Shown here: positions 26,257 through 37,389 of the stretch, piece after piece | Position numbering within the stretch: the stretch's first letter is position 1 | Layout of the letters: each line of letters opens with the position of its first letter | DNA from: the human T2T-CHM13v2.0 reference genome, Homo sapiens | Reading direction: 5' to 3' | NCBI GenBank assembly: GCA_009914755.4 | Contig: CP086569.2 | Coordinates: forward strand, 19,552,001 to 19,616,000 | Length of the DNA: 64,000 nt | Program-made: the position numbers and the translations under genes | The notes under the pieces: generated by a model | The model's database searches: none | What the model was told of the DNA's origin: nothing | The model's input: the letters and a program-made list of their open reading frames with translations, nothing else

Positions 26257-26843
26257 TGTGGGAAAGAGAGTTTCTGGGATGCCAGATGAGCTGGTCTCCC
26301 CTATGTGAGACACCCATGGGGAGCCATGGACAGCCTCTGAGGAGAAAAGTCTCCTTATTGCCTTCATGTCCTTATGCCCCCTGAGCACAACAGCTCAGCA
26401 GCATGCCACAAGTTGCTTGGGGAAATAACACTCCCTTGAAGCAGTGGAGTATAATCAGAGATCTTGGCTTCTCCTGAAACCCACTCCCACCCATTTCAGT
26501 CCCAACAAGTTAAAGATCTTAAGTAGTTTAGACACATGCCTTTGCTCAAGGAAATTCACAGAATCCACCACTGCTATACATATTATTGAATGACTCACAA
26601 CTTCTCCTTCACTGATTAATACTTTCCCTCATGCTTCCTATGCCTCCCATCTGCCCTAAGAACAAAGAACTTGCAAACCAATAAATTAGGTTGAGATCGA
26701 GAGCTCAGGGCTGTGAGCAAGCCTCCAATGGCTCTGGTCCCCTGGACCTGCCTTTTAAACTCTTATTTTGTCTCTTTCTAATTCCTTTGTCTCCGCTGAA
26801 CTCGGGATAGCCTCCGGGTGAGGTGGGGCTGGTTTCTCCAACA
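26257..26843 (+). repeat. Provirus 1, 3' LTR
   Basis: Begins tgtgggaaagagagtttctgggatgcc immediately after the PPT and ends ..ggtttctccaaca, followed by the TSD gctac. Confidence 0.85.
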
Positions 26844-27749
26844 GCTACTATTATTTTTCTCATCATTACTGGAATGTTCTCCCTGATTCTGCCTGCAACA
26901 CCTCCTTATCCTTTAAAATCCAACTAGGTCTATCCTCCTTCTCAACTATTTCCAACAAAAACCTGTAGGTTCTCCACTTTCTAAGAAGCCCTATCACTCT
27001 TACTGCCTCTTAAAGAGTTTTTCACAGACACAGATTAAAACTCATTGTACACTTCTACAATGCTGTGTACAAAGCTGACACTGATCCAATCTGTCCTCAC
27101 AGGACTTAGATACTTTATCAGGCTTACTTCCCAGCACACAACACTGGACTCAGGGTAGATGCCTCACTGCCCCCAAGAAGGTTCTGAATTTTTGTTTGTT
27201 TTTTATTCCTTTGCTCATTTTCCCCTTCCAACAATGGTCTCCTTTTTGCCCACCACCCAAATCCTACCCAAGGCCTTGATGGAGTCACATATATTCCAAG
27301 AGATGATCTAGATCACTTCCATCTTCCACCACCTCCCCTTTACACTCCTTACTTAGTTTACCATGTTATTTTAATTCCTGCTCAATTCCCTGGCTGTAAT
27401 ATTTTCATTATCGATTCTGAGAGATTTGGTTTTTCTTCATTCTAATTATATTTAAGCATCATGAGGAAATGCTCACCTTCCCTCACAACACACAAGGGGT
27501 GGTACTCAAAAACGTTTACTTCTGTGGGTCTCAATCCAGATCCACCTTGCTTCCAAGAAAACATACGGCAATGTTTGGAGACATTTTTGGTTGTCACCAT
27601 TGGGGTCGAAGATGCTACCGACAAAATAGCGACCAAGGATACAGCTAAATCTACAATGCACACGACAGCCTCCCTAAAGAATCTTCTGGCTCCAAAAGGC
27701 AAAAGTGGCGCCGTTAAAATACCACGGATTAGCGGAATGACCCAGTAAA

Positions 27750-28520
27750 CCATGAAAGCAAAGCCCCCCAGAGGGCAGACACTTGCAGGTGGAAGTGCTG
27801 GCTGCATAATGAGCCGGTCAGGACCTCGCAGGTTACCCGGCTACCCCTGGGAGGGGTGGAGATACAGAACCAAACTCTTCCCTCACATAGGGCCTGAAAA
27901 GTCCCACAGGGACTCAAAACAGCTGCTCCCGACTCTTTCCATTCCCTACCTGCAGCGAGAGGCTGACAACGTATCAGTCCCGCCGCAGAGACTGAGCTCA
28001 GCAGCTTTACCGTTAATGCCCGCCCCAGGACGCACCACCCTGCCCCCCCCCACCCCCGCGCAGTTCTCCCAATACCCTGCAGACGTGCACTTGCGAGATG
28101 TGGGTGGAGCTTCCGGCGTGTGCTCAGCAACCAAGTACATTTGCCTTGTCTCTGCAGATCTGGAAGGCTGTACTTAGTAGGTCTCCAGGAGGGGCACGAT
28201 GGGATGTGAGGGTAATCAACTTCTAGTCCTGCCTCGCCTACTTCCATCTCTAGTCTCCGCGTCCTCGCCCTCCAGCAGCCTTTCAGCTGTGGCTGGAAGA
28301 GAGCAAGCTCACGTGTTTGGTAGAAAACCTAGTTGAAAGTGCAAGGCAGATAGCGTTCAGCACTCTTGTTCATCCCTCAGAACAGAGGCAGGGCTCTGAG
28401 AGCAGCAATGAGCCCTCATGTTGGTTCTGCAGCCCAGGTTGGGCACTCAACTTGGGACACAGGGGGGCAAGCGAGGCAGCTCGGGAGGAAGCTCAGGCTT
28501 GATGGTGGCTCAGGAAGACA
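27750..28520. promoter_or_regulatory. GC-rich, CpG-containing bidirectional promoter region between the TRAPPC2-like gene (minus) and the OFD1-like gene (plus)
   Basis: A local jump in G+C and CpG (..cccgccgcagagactgagctc..cccgccccaggacgcaccaccctgccccccccacccccgcgcag..ccggcgtgtgctc..ctccgcgtcctcgccc..). It sits exactly where OFD1 and TRAPPC2 share a head-to-head CpG promoter on the X. The long ORFs on both strands here (27442-27807, 27729-28247, 27752-28177) look like GC-content artefacts. Confidence 0.6.
28502..28513 (+). pseudogene. Candidate OFD1-like exon 1 start codon (ATG GTG GCT CAG = MVAQ, against OFD1 MMAQ). The downstream GT donor is not evident
   Basis: gcttgATGGTGGCTCAGgaagac lies 170 bp upstream of the OFD1-like exon 2 acceptor. 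OFD1 starts MMAQ then S with a very short exon 1. Here the expected GT after CAG is absent. Confidence 0.45.
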
Positions 28521-28685
28521 CACCTGTCCCTCCTTGGGGACAGGCAGAAATGAAGTTTGGTTGATGTCCCCTCAAACCCCTTTCCTGTTAGGCCTCTTAG
28601 GGCTTCCCAGGAGGCCACTGATCTGTTTTCAGTCATTCATGTTCTCTCTGCCCCCCAGGTAACCTGTAGCCATTTTGTCTTCTAG

Positions 28686-28784
28686 TCCAACATGCTTCCT
28701 CTGTCTGACGTGTTCAGTCAATGTGAGCTACGCAAAAAGCTACACAAGACCTTGAAGAGTCGGGGTGTACTGGACACATTCAAG
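28686..28784 (+). pseudogene. OFD1-like exon 2 (the N-terminal part of the LisH / FOP-dimerisation region of the centriolar protein OFD1)
   Basis: Acceptor ttgtcttctag|, then [33 protein letters not shown], then donor |gtatgg. OFD1 reads [33 protein letters not shown]. Confidence 0.85.
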
Positions 28785-29838
28785 GTATGGGATTTAGGCA
28801 TATTTGTGTCATAACTTTTACAAGTGCAACCTGTAACACGTAATTCACATTTAAATTCATCCAAAGTTTGGGTTTTAATAATAGTATGATATGTAGATTG
28901 TGTTTGTGAATTACATTTATATATTCCTGAATAACTCTGTCCTGAAAAACTACAGTCTCTTGAAAATACTTGAGAAAATGTTGAGTTTGAGTCAACTGAA
29001 AGGGGCATGTTCAAATAATTAATTAAAGTACCATTTTAGTAAGGTTAGGCTTGTTTTATAATTCTGGCTTACAGGTTCCTAAACATCATATAGAAAATAC
29101 TAGTGTACTATTTAATGATAGTTTCGGGAATGAACAATTTTATCCTTAAACCATATTGAAATGTCTGAATATTTAATTTGGGCAGCAAATATCTACTAAT
29201 ATACTTTGTATGTGAATTAACAGCCAGATATAGGTTTAGCTCAACTTCTTTTTATTGCAATATGCATTTCAAAAGCATATTTTACATTTAAAATATGTAG
29301 ATATATCCTGTGTATGTATCATTTTTTAATTTGAGTTATATTGAGTGAGCATTACCCTGTTTCCTTAAAGCTTTCTTGTAATCCTCATTTTCACTTTCAA
29401 CAGGCTTAAGTTTGGATATTTTTGTAATATACGTGGCAGTCCCTTGTTTTTGAATATTTTGATTACATTCTCCAACAATCCTGTGATAAACTGGTAGAAC
29501 TTTTTATATACTTCATATCCCAATCGTAAGCTGCTGAAATGGACTTCTAGGGAATTGAAATTAAGACTCTGCAAGTCGGTCTGACTAACCACCAGTTTCA
29601 CTTTGATTGTGCGGAAAGCCAGCTTTTTGCCAGAACCCACTGGACTGCTTCTCTCGTGGGATGAGACATGTGCAGGAGAAGTGTTCTAACTTCTGGTCAT
29701 GGATCTACAACAGTTATGAAAATAAAAGGAAGGTTTCCAATGAATGTAGCATATCTGTCTGTATCTCTACTCAGAAAATCCTGCTGAAATTTCATCCCCT
29801 TATCTTTGTATCTTTCTTTTCTCTTCTTTCTTTGTTAG

Positions 29839-30041
29839 ACACAACTTCAAAACCAGCTAATTCATGTGTTGATGCACCCTGTATTGAATGGAGAACTGCA
29901 TCCTCAGTTTATGTCAGTGGAAGGGAGCTACCTCCTACGAGGCACCTCTAACTCTTCAGTGGCTGATCACTCACAGAGATAGGGCTATGACTATCCACTT
30001 TTACTTCTTTTTTTCCAGAAAGTAGCTGAGCCAAAGAAAGG
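29839..30041 (+). pseudogene. OFD1-like exon 3 with an in-frame premature stop (TAG at 29980-29982 replaces the OFD1 Cys codon) and a 1-2 nt indel near the 3' end
   Basis: Acceptor tctttctttgttag|, then [67 protein letters not shown], then donor |gtaaag. OFD1 reads [67 protein letters not shown]. Length 203 nt against the 201-nt OFD1 exon 3. Confidence 0.85.
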
Positions 30042-30961
30042 GTAAAGTATTTTCTTATCTTTTTTTGGATTATTTATTAAGAGTTTCTTCCTCCACTGAC
30101 TGTAAAATGCTGAATTATAGTTAAGTGTTTATAGACTAGGTCTGTTTCTCCCTCTTTGAATTCATATTGTACCTGCACTAAATATATTTGTTATATACCA
30201 AGTGGGTACTAAATTTGAAAAAAAAAATTTGGCTTCTCATTTAGTCTTTTGTAAAATTGTGATATAGAATCTCGAACTGTTTCAGAGCAAAAATTGATCT
30301 ATCTATCCTTTATGTTGTCTAATAAGACTCTGTCAGTCAGGAACTAGAGTCTGGAGCAGTGAATCAAGTAACTTTTAAGTGACAATGCAGGGCAATAAAC
30401 CTAGTTTTCTAAAACGTGCTCTTCTTTTTTCTGCCCTAGCGTTTTCAGATGTTTCTCTTCTTTGTAATTATATAAGTGAGAAATACATAATTTTAAATAA
30501 TTCTGTAAAGTTCTCAAATATTCAGACTTTCCTTTAATTTTTAGATTTCAATTGTTTTCATTTCTTCAGTATTACTGTTGAACATTAGTCCTACTTTATT
30601 ATTTTAAAGCCAGATGCAGCAAACATTCCCTGTGAATATGTGTATGTGTGTGTGTTTAGTAGACTTTATTTTTTAGAGCAGTTATGAGTTCACAGCAAAG
30701 TTGAGTGAGAAATGCAGAGCACTCCCATACACCTGCTGTTTCTACACATGCACAACCCACCCCAAAGTCAGCATCTTGCATCAAAGTGGTATATTTTCTA
30801 CATTGAAAATCCTACCCTGACATGTTATTATCACTCAGACTCCATAGATTATGTTAGATTTCACTTTTGGTGTTGTTCATATGTTTTTTATTTTCTTTAA
30901 TTTGTCTGTAACTATCCCAAGGTTTTATGTTTCAAAGTTTTAAGGACACTAGAGGCTTAGC

Positions 30962-31272
30962 ACAGTATTTTGTTTTGTTTTGTTTTGCTTTTGAGATGGA
31001 GTTTCTCTCTGTCACCCAAGCATTGAGTGCAGTGACATAATCTCGGCTCACTGCAACCTCTGCCTCCTGGGTTCAAACAATCTCTGCCTCAGCCTCTGGA
31101 GTAGTTTGACTACAGGTGAACTCCCCAGTGCCTGGCAAACATTTTGTATTTTTGGCAGAGACGGGGTTTTACTCTGTTGATCAGGATGCTCTTGAACTCC
31201 TGACCTCAGGGGATCCACCTGTCTCGATCTGTTAAATTGGCAGGTTCATAAGTGTGAGCCACCACACCAGGC
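30962..31272 (-). mobile_element. Alu element (minus)
   Basis: (tttg)n tail, then gagatggagtttctctctgtcacccaag..gcagtgacataatctcggctcactgcaacctctgcctcctgggttcaaac ... gtgagccaccacaccaggcc. Confidence 0.9.
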
Positions 31273-31375
31273 CTTGATTCCTTAAACATGTTTGTTTAAG
31301 ATTGTGGTAGCTTAATATCTACTTTCAAAGTGCTGCCTACTACAACTGTTTTTGGCCTCTTTCCCCTATTGGTAG

Positions 31376-31546
31376 TTTGGGATTACAGGCACCCACCCCC
31401 ACACCTAGACAATTTTTGTAATTTTAGTGGAGTCAGTGTTTCACCATGTTGGCCAGGTTAGTCTTAAACTCCTGACCTCAAGCGATTCATTCGCATTGGC
31501 CTCACAAAGTGCTGGGATTTCAGGCATGAGCCACTGCACCCAGCCT
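31376..31546 (-). mobile_element. Alu fragment (minus)
   Basis: ttgggattacaggcacccacc...caccatgttggccaggttagtcttaaactcctgacctcaagcgatt...gctgggatttcaggcatgagccactgcacccagcc. Confidence 0.85.
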
Positions 31547-31574
31547 TAGAACCATATTGGAATAAAAACATTGT

Positions 31575-31810
31575 TTGTTTTATACTTTCAGTTCTGGGAT
31601 ACATAGGCAGAATATGCAGGTTTGTTACATAGGTATACACCTGCCATTGTGGTTTGCTGTACCCATCAACTCCTCATGTACATTAGGCATTTCACCTAAC
31701 GCTATCCCTCCTGTAGCTCTCCATCACCCAACAGAGCCCCGTGTGTGCTGCTTCCTTCCCTGTTTCCTTGGGTTATTGTTCAGCTACAACTTAGGGTGAG
31801 AAAATGCAGA
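31575..31810 (-). mobile_element. L1 3'-end fragment (minus orientation)
   Basis: ttctgggatacataggcagaatatgcaggtttgttacataggtatacacctgccattgtggtttgctgtacccatcaactcctcatgtacattaggcatttcacctaacgctatccctcc is the reverse complement of the L1 3' region, the same segment type as 17545-17900. Confidence 0.85.
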
Positions 31811-31904
31811 GTTCGGTTTCCTGATCTTGTGTTAGATATGCTGGCTTTCTTCATAAGCAACCAAATTTTATTTATCAACATTAGGAATGTATTTATTTAC
31901 TAAT

Positions 31905-32194
31905 TTATTTTTTAGGGACAGGGTCTGGCTCTGTCACCCTGACTGCAGTGCAAAGGCATGATCTTGGCTCACTGCGAGCACTGCCTTTGGGGTTCAATCA
32001 ATTATCCTGCTTCAGCCTCTGCAGTAGCTGTGATTACAGTCATACACCATCAAACCTGGCTAATTTTTGTTATTTGTTGAGATAGGGTTTCACTGTGTTT
32101 GCCAGGTTTGGCTCCAATCCTAACCCCAGGATATCTGCCCACCTCGGCCTCGTAAAGTACTGGGATTACAGCTGTGAGCCACTGTGCTTGGCCT
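31905..32194 (-). mobile_element. Alu element (minus)
   Basis: ttttttagggacagggtctggctctgtcaccctgactgcagtgcaaaggcatgatcttggctcactgcgagc...gtactgggattacagctgtgagccactgtgcttggcc. Confidence 0.9.
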
Positions 32195-32910
32195 GGAATT
32201 CATTTTTGATACATATTTCTCTAAACTTTTAACCACTTTATACCTTTGCATATTGTGTAATATTTATAATTATTATAGCAGAAACTCATCTCTTCTCATT
32301 CATACACCTTAACATTTTCTACTAATATGAAGTGCCCATGCAGAATATTTTATTTAAGGGAAATCCAGTTGAAAACAAATATTGGTGTTACCAGGGTAAA
32401 CATAATAAATGATATATATGGTAGTAGAAATAGATATTAAAAGCTACCTAAAATGTCTCTTTAACAATATTTTAAGTACACGAAAGTCATGATTGTAAAG
32501 ACAGTAAAGATTTAGTTTATTTACATTTTTAACAATGAATACTCAGGAAATTAATTGAGTGACCCAGTAACTCTGTCATGTATTCATTGGTTCGTCAGAT
32601 ATTTTAGTGTCATTTGTAAGGCAGTAAACATTCCTGTCATTTCTGTTAGACATATTATTATTTATTTCAAGTACTTAGAGGTTAATTACATGATCAAGAA
32701 AGATATCTTATTCATATGAACATTTTAATAATCTTCATTGTAATTTATCTAACAGTGTAAGAAAGGGCTTAGTTTGCATTTTTACCATAACTATAATCTT
32801 ATTTATTCTGAAGGATGTTTCTTAATCTCACATTCAGAAACATGTTATAATGTGTCATTCAAATACTGCTGTAAAACTATGTGTAATTAGTAAACTTTTA
32901 TTTCCTTAAG

Positions 32911-32979
32911 GAATTTGCTATGCAGCATGTATTACACCTCATTAAAATCAACTCTACTTCCAGTCTCTACAAATCACTG
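32911..32979 (+). pseudogene. OFD1-like exon 4; the donor GT appears lost (cactg|tttag)
   Basis: Acceptor tttccttaag|, then [23 protein letters not shown]. OFD1 reads [23 protein letters not shown]. The exon is 69 nt against the ~70-nt OFD1 exon 4. Confidence 0.8.
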
Positions 32980-33063
32980 TTTAGATTGCTTAGTTTCTAT
33001 AATCTGTTTTGGTTTGTTAGTTATATTTAAATAGCTGAATAAAGGCAAAATGTTTTCTCACAG

Positions 33064-33097
33064 CAGGTTTCAGGATCTGATAAAGAAAACCAAAAAG
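33064..33097 (+). pseudogene. OFD1-like exon 5 (30-34 nt micro-exon) with strong splice sites
   Basis: ttctcacag|caggtttcaggatctgataaagaaaaccaaaaag|gtaagag encodes (Q)VSGSDKENQK. OFD1 reads LVSGSDKENQKG. Confidence 0.85.
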
Positions 33098-33166
33098 GTA
33101 AGAGCCTACATCTTTGTAAATTATGGCCAGATTTTTCTATGTAATTTTTCTTATAAAAGAATGAAG

Positions 33167-33474
<308 letters not shown>

Positions 33475-34665
33475 TTAGGAGAAGAGTAAGAAATTTAATT
33501 TGCTTTAAATTATTTGATTTTCCTCATTGACCACACGTTACCTATTAAACAACATTTCACTACTTCTGCAGGTTATTTTTTCCATATTTCCATTTTTGTA
33601 ATAATTTTTAGATACTCAAATTAGAGAACTGCAGACAGTATCAAGGCCCTAGAGACATGCTAAAGATACTATTCTTAAAAATATTCACTGTTCAGAACAT
33701 TTCTGAAAAAAATAAAAAAAATCTCAAAAGTCTGATTTTAAGGCCAAGTGTCTTTGCATACAAAATATCCCTCTCAAGTAGACTAGACTGAAGTACTCAA
33801 CTACAATTGATAGAATATTAAATGTATTAATATGTCCTTAAAGAATGCGATATGGTTCAGCAATGTGTTGTGTAACTTTTGTTCTTAAATGTTTATACAG
33901 ACTTGATCAATTGCCTTAGTTTTAGCCTTGGTAATAACCTTTCATAGAGTTCATTAGTACTGAATGTTGCAGATCATTGGTTATACGTGATGATGGGTTT
34001 TGTAACATAAACATAAGCTGGCAACTTGTTTTTGATGTATACTTATTCTTTAGGTCTTTCAAAATAATTTGTGAACTATTAATGTTTTTTTGTTTTGGTA
34101 CAACTTTGGGTTTTGTCCATTGCCTGTGTTGCTATCATACCCACAGGGACATTCATTTATTAATTCATTCATTCATCCATTCACACATCAATTCATGCAG
34201 GACTAAATCATTTGAGTACTTACTTTTTGCCAGAATTTAAGTAAATCTGTAAGTTAATTGTGAAGGCTTTTGGTAGGATCATTAGCATATGGTAAACAAT
34301 TTGGATCAGAAGACATTTTGGGCAGCCTGCAATCTAGATCATTCCCACTAAAATTTCAGGATTGTAAATGTTCCTACATTGTGTGCTGTTAAGCACCATC
34401 CAGTATGACTCGCTGTGAAAATTGAAATGTTTGTATCTATGTTGTTGACTGTGGTAGGTACTAGCCTCATGTGGCTATTGAGCACTTGAAATTTGGCTAG
34501 TGTGACTGAATAACTGAATTTTTAATCTATGCTTAATAAACTACATGTGCATAATGACTACCATACAGGGTAGCATAATTCTAAGGTACATGGCTGGTAT
34601 CTGTTGCTTAACTCTTACTACCAAAGGAAATTTCTGGCTTGAAGGGATATTAAGAAACAATCTAC

Positions 34666-34960
34666 GGGCCACGCATGATGGTCCTTGCCAGTAATCCCAG
34701 CAATTTGGAAGGCTAAAGTGGGTATATCACTTAAGATAAGGAGTTTGAGATCAGCCTGGACAACATAATGAAAACCTTTATTTACTAAAAATACAAAAAC
34801 TTGCCAGGTCTGTTGACAAGTGCATGTAATCCCAGCTACTTGGGAGGCTGAGGCAGGGTAATTGTTTGAACCTGAAATGTAAAGGGTGTCATGAACTGAA
34901 ATGATGGCACTGCAATCCAGCATGGGTGACAGAGCTAGACACCATGCCAAACAACAACAA
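34666..34960 (+). mobile_element. Alu element
   Basis: gggccacgcatgatggtccttgccagtaatcccagcaatttggaaggctaaagtgggtatatcacttaagataaggagtttgagatcagcctggacaacataatgaaaacc... Confidence 0.85.
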
Positions 34961-35102
34961 AGAAAAGAAATGAAATTCAGAAAGGAAGGAAGGAAGGAGA
35001 AAGAAAGTAAAAAAGAAAGAAAGAGAAAAAGAGAAAAAGAAAGAAAGAGAAGAAAGAGAAAGAGGAAAGAGAAAGAAAGGAAGGAAGGAAGGAAGGAAGG
35101 GA

Positions 35103-35166
<64 letters not shown>

Positions 35167-35185
35167 GAAAAAGAAAGGAGGACTA
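34961..35185. repeat. (GAAA)n / (GGAA)n purine-rich microsatellite
   Basis: gaaagaaagaaagaaag... seen directly. ORF 34901-35203 (KERKKERKKERKK...) is its translation. Confidence 0.95.
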
Positions 35186-36819
35186 TGTAATTGGAATAGA
35201 TAGATTATTTTTTAAAATATTTTTATTACCTTTACAGTTTTTTTAAATGCCGCCATTTCAGAAAGAAATCTGGTCAGCAGCCCTTACCAGCTTTACCTAG
35301 CATCCCAATAAAGTTTCTAGAAGTGAGAGAACATTGAGTAGCGGGCATGGCAGATAGCACAGTGACAAAATTTGGGTAGAACTTTAGCTCACAATAAAAT
35401 AGCTCCTGGCAAAATAAAATTATTTTAAAAATTGTTGGCTTCCAATTAACCAACAGAGAATCTGTAGGAAGTTATGTTGTACCTAACTGTTGTCTGTAAC
35501 CCTGACTCAGAAACCTATGTTCTTATCGTATCTGACTATATCTATGCTCAGGTGCTTCTAAGTTGTTGAATGTCCAGGGTACATTTCCCCCTAGATTCTA
35601 GTCACCTATTTTTTCTACTCCTAATAATTGCTTTTAGAGATAAGGATACTTGAGAAAATGATGCACACAGAACTTGAATTAGGGAAGAAAATTTGGACAT
35701 TGGTCTTTTGCTTTTTGGAAGCTCATATTCTTATCTGCATTTTGCAAACAAATAGGCACATACATCAATGGGGCCAGACTTAGAAAGTTCAGAAATTGAT
35801 TAATAAAAATATGGTCAATTGATTTCTTGTTTTCTACCAAGTTGCAAAAGGATTTCAATAAAGGAAAGATAGTCTTTTCAACAAGTGGTGCTGGAACAAT
35901 TGGATAATCATGTGCGCAGAAATGAACTCTAGATCTAAATGTGAAATGCAAAACTATAAAACACCCAGATGAAAACAGGAGAAAGTCTATGTGATCTTGG
36001 GTTTCATGATGAGCTGTAACACCAAAAGCGAGACATATCAAATGAAAAAGTAGATGAGTTAGACTTTATTGCAATTAAAAACATTTCTGTGGAAGACACT
36101 GTTAAGAGAATGAAAACACCCAATGTCAAAGCCCATAGAGTTTACATCACCAAGAGTGAACGTTAATGTTTGCAAATTTAGGTCAAGTGATCCCAGGAGG
36201 AAATGCAGACTGTGATAGAACAATCTAACTGTAATCCCCTCACTGAAAGGAGTTCATGATTATTTTTAAAAGAACGTATTTAACCCCCTATTGATGGAGA
36301 GTTAGGTGTTTCATTGTTTGCTTTTGGCCATTAGAAGCAACCTTCGTGCAGTGTGCACCCTTTGTGACCTTGTGAAAGTACAGCTGTGTAAATTTCTAGA
36401 AGTGGAATGAGCGCATTAAAGGGCACCTGCACGTTGAATATATATAAGCATTGACAAATTTCTTTCCAAAGTAAATGAGTGTACCCATACAGCCACTCCC
36501 TTGACAACATTAGCATTATCAAAGCTTTAATCTAGTGGTGTTATAGGGGAAAGAATGGCTTCACTGCTGTATTAATTTGCATTTATAATTTTGTTCTTGT
36601 TTATTCAGCATATAAAAATTTTGTTCATCTTTGTTTAACATTTTGTTCATCTTTGTTTGACATTTTGTTTTTTGCTGCAAACTATCTATTTTTTTCCCAT
36701 TTTTTCTTTTTTTACCTGATTTTTAAGGGCTCGTTGAAATTATGAAAATGTCTTTACTTTAGTATTGATTATGATATGGCTCTGAAGAATGGAGGAACAC
36801 CATGGCTTTTGTCTCATGC

Positions 36820-37389
36820 GAATTGGAAAAAATGACATGAACACACGTGGAGTTTTAAGGAAGAGAGCATAATAGACAATAAAGAAGGAAGAAGCTCCCT
36901 TGTACTGAGACAAAGGGAGAGGGACTCCAAAGCTGACTGAGGAAACTGCAAGTGCTGGGGAAATCAACCAGTTATAGGAGAAGGCTGGAGGAGACGATGT
37001 CTGATTTGCCTAGTCTCAGGGGAATGGTTTGACCAGGCATGTCACTCACATAGCCTCTGAAAAACCTGGCTCTCCCACCCTAGCCTTTCAATATGAAAAT
37101 GCAGGGCACCATTCTACACATGTGGGGATGTATGAGGGTGGCCATGCTGCCAGGGACATGTGAAGGCAAGGTTAAAGAGAAGAAGGCAGGAATTGCGACG
37201 CTTGGGTGGGCCCATTTTCTTCTGGCCAGCATTTGCATATCAAAGTTTGCTTTCTGGATCTAAGATCTGGGGCTTTCCTGTGAAACAAGAAACATTTCTG
37301 GAGCTGCTTTAAAAGAGAAAAAATTTCCAAGGGCCTCTTTTCTTCTCTATCTGCTTAAAATAATTTCTTAATAACTCCTTTAACATTCC
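36820..37389 (+). repeat. LTR-like interspersed repeat, copy 1 of 3 (other copies 44640-45228 and 59400-59970). It contains an octamer ATTTGCAT and a TATA-like TTTAAAAG
   Basis: ~570 bp alignable at ~75% to the other two copies. All three end ...ctgcttaaaat(a/g)atttcttaataactc. They share ..gcctagtctcaggggaatggtttgaccagg..gaaaatgcagggcacc..gcatttgcatatcaaa.tttgc..ttctggagctgctttaaa.gag.. Confidence 0.55.

Larger units (their letters stand above)
20938..26843 (+). mobile_element. HERV-K-type (class II, betaretrovirus-like) endogenous provirus 1. It has LTR - Lys-like PBS - gag - pro (dUTPase, protease, G-patch) - truncated pol - env (SU C-terminus + TM) - LTR, and is flanked by a 5-bp target-site duplication GCTAC
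   Basis: Two ~585-bp LTRs both begin tgtgggaaagagagtttctgg and end ..ggtttc(t)c..a(a)ca. GCTAC lies at 20933-20937 and 26844-26848. The internal ORFs match HERV-K proteins (details in the sub-features). Confidence 0.9.

Noticed and set aside
27442-28247. Long overlapping ORFs on both strands (121, 172 and 141 aa) in the GC-rich segment
   Set aside because: They coincide with the CpG-type promoter region, where high GC content suppresses stop codons on all frames. They show no protein similarity and overlap each other in antisense, so I treat them as compositional artefacts rather than genes.
28657-28660. Alternative strong acceptor ccccccag|gt 27 nt upstream of the chosen exon-2 acceptor
   Set aside because: Using it would prepend VTCSHFVF* (a stop) and make the exon 126 nt instead of the ~98 nt expected from OFD1 exon 2. 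The ttgtcttctag| acceptor at 28685 reproduces the OFD1 boundary (..Q|SNM..).
30019-30041. A separate 23-nt micro-exon KVAEPKKG between OFD1-like exons 3 and 4
   Set aside because: Alignment to OFD1 (..[23 protein letters not shown]) shows this is simply the 3' end of exon 3, read through the TAG at 29980. It is not an independent exon.
34901-35203. 100-aa ORF rich in K/E/R (KERKKERKKERKK...)
   Set aside because: It is a straight translation of the (GAAA)n/(GGAA)n microsatellite following an Alu tail.
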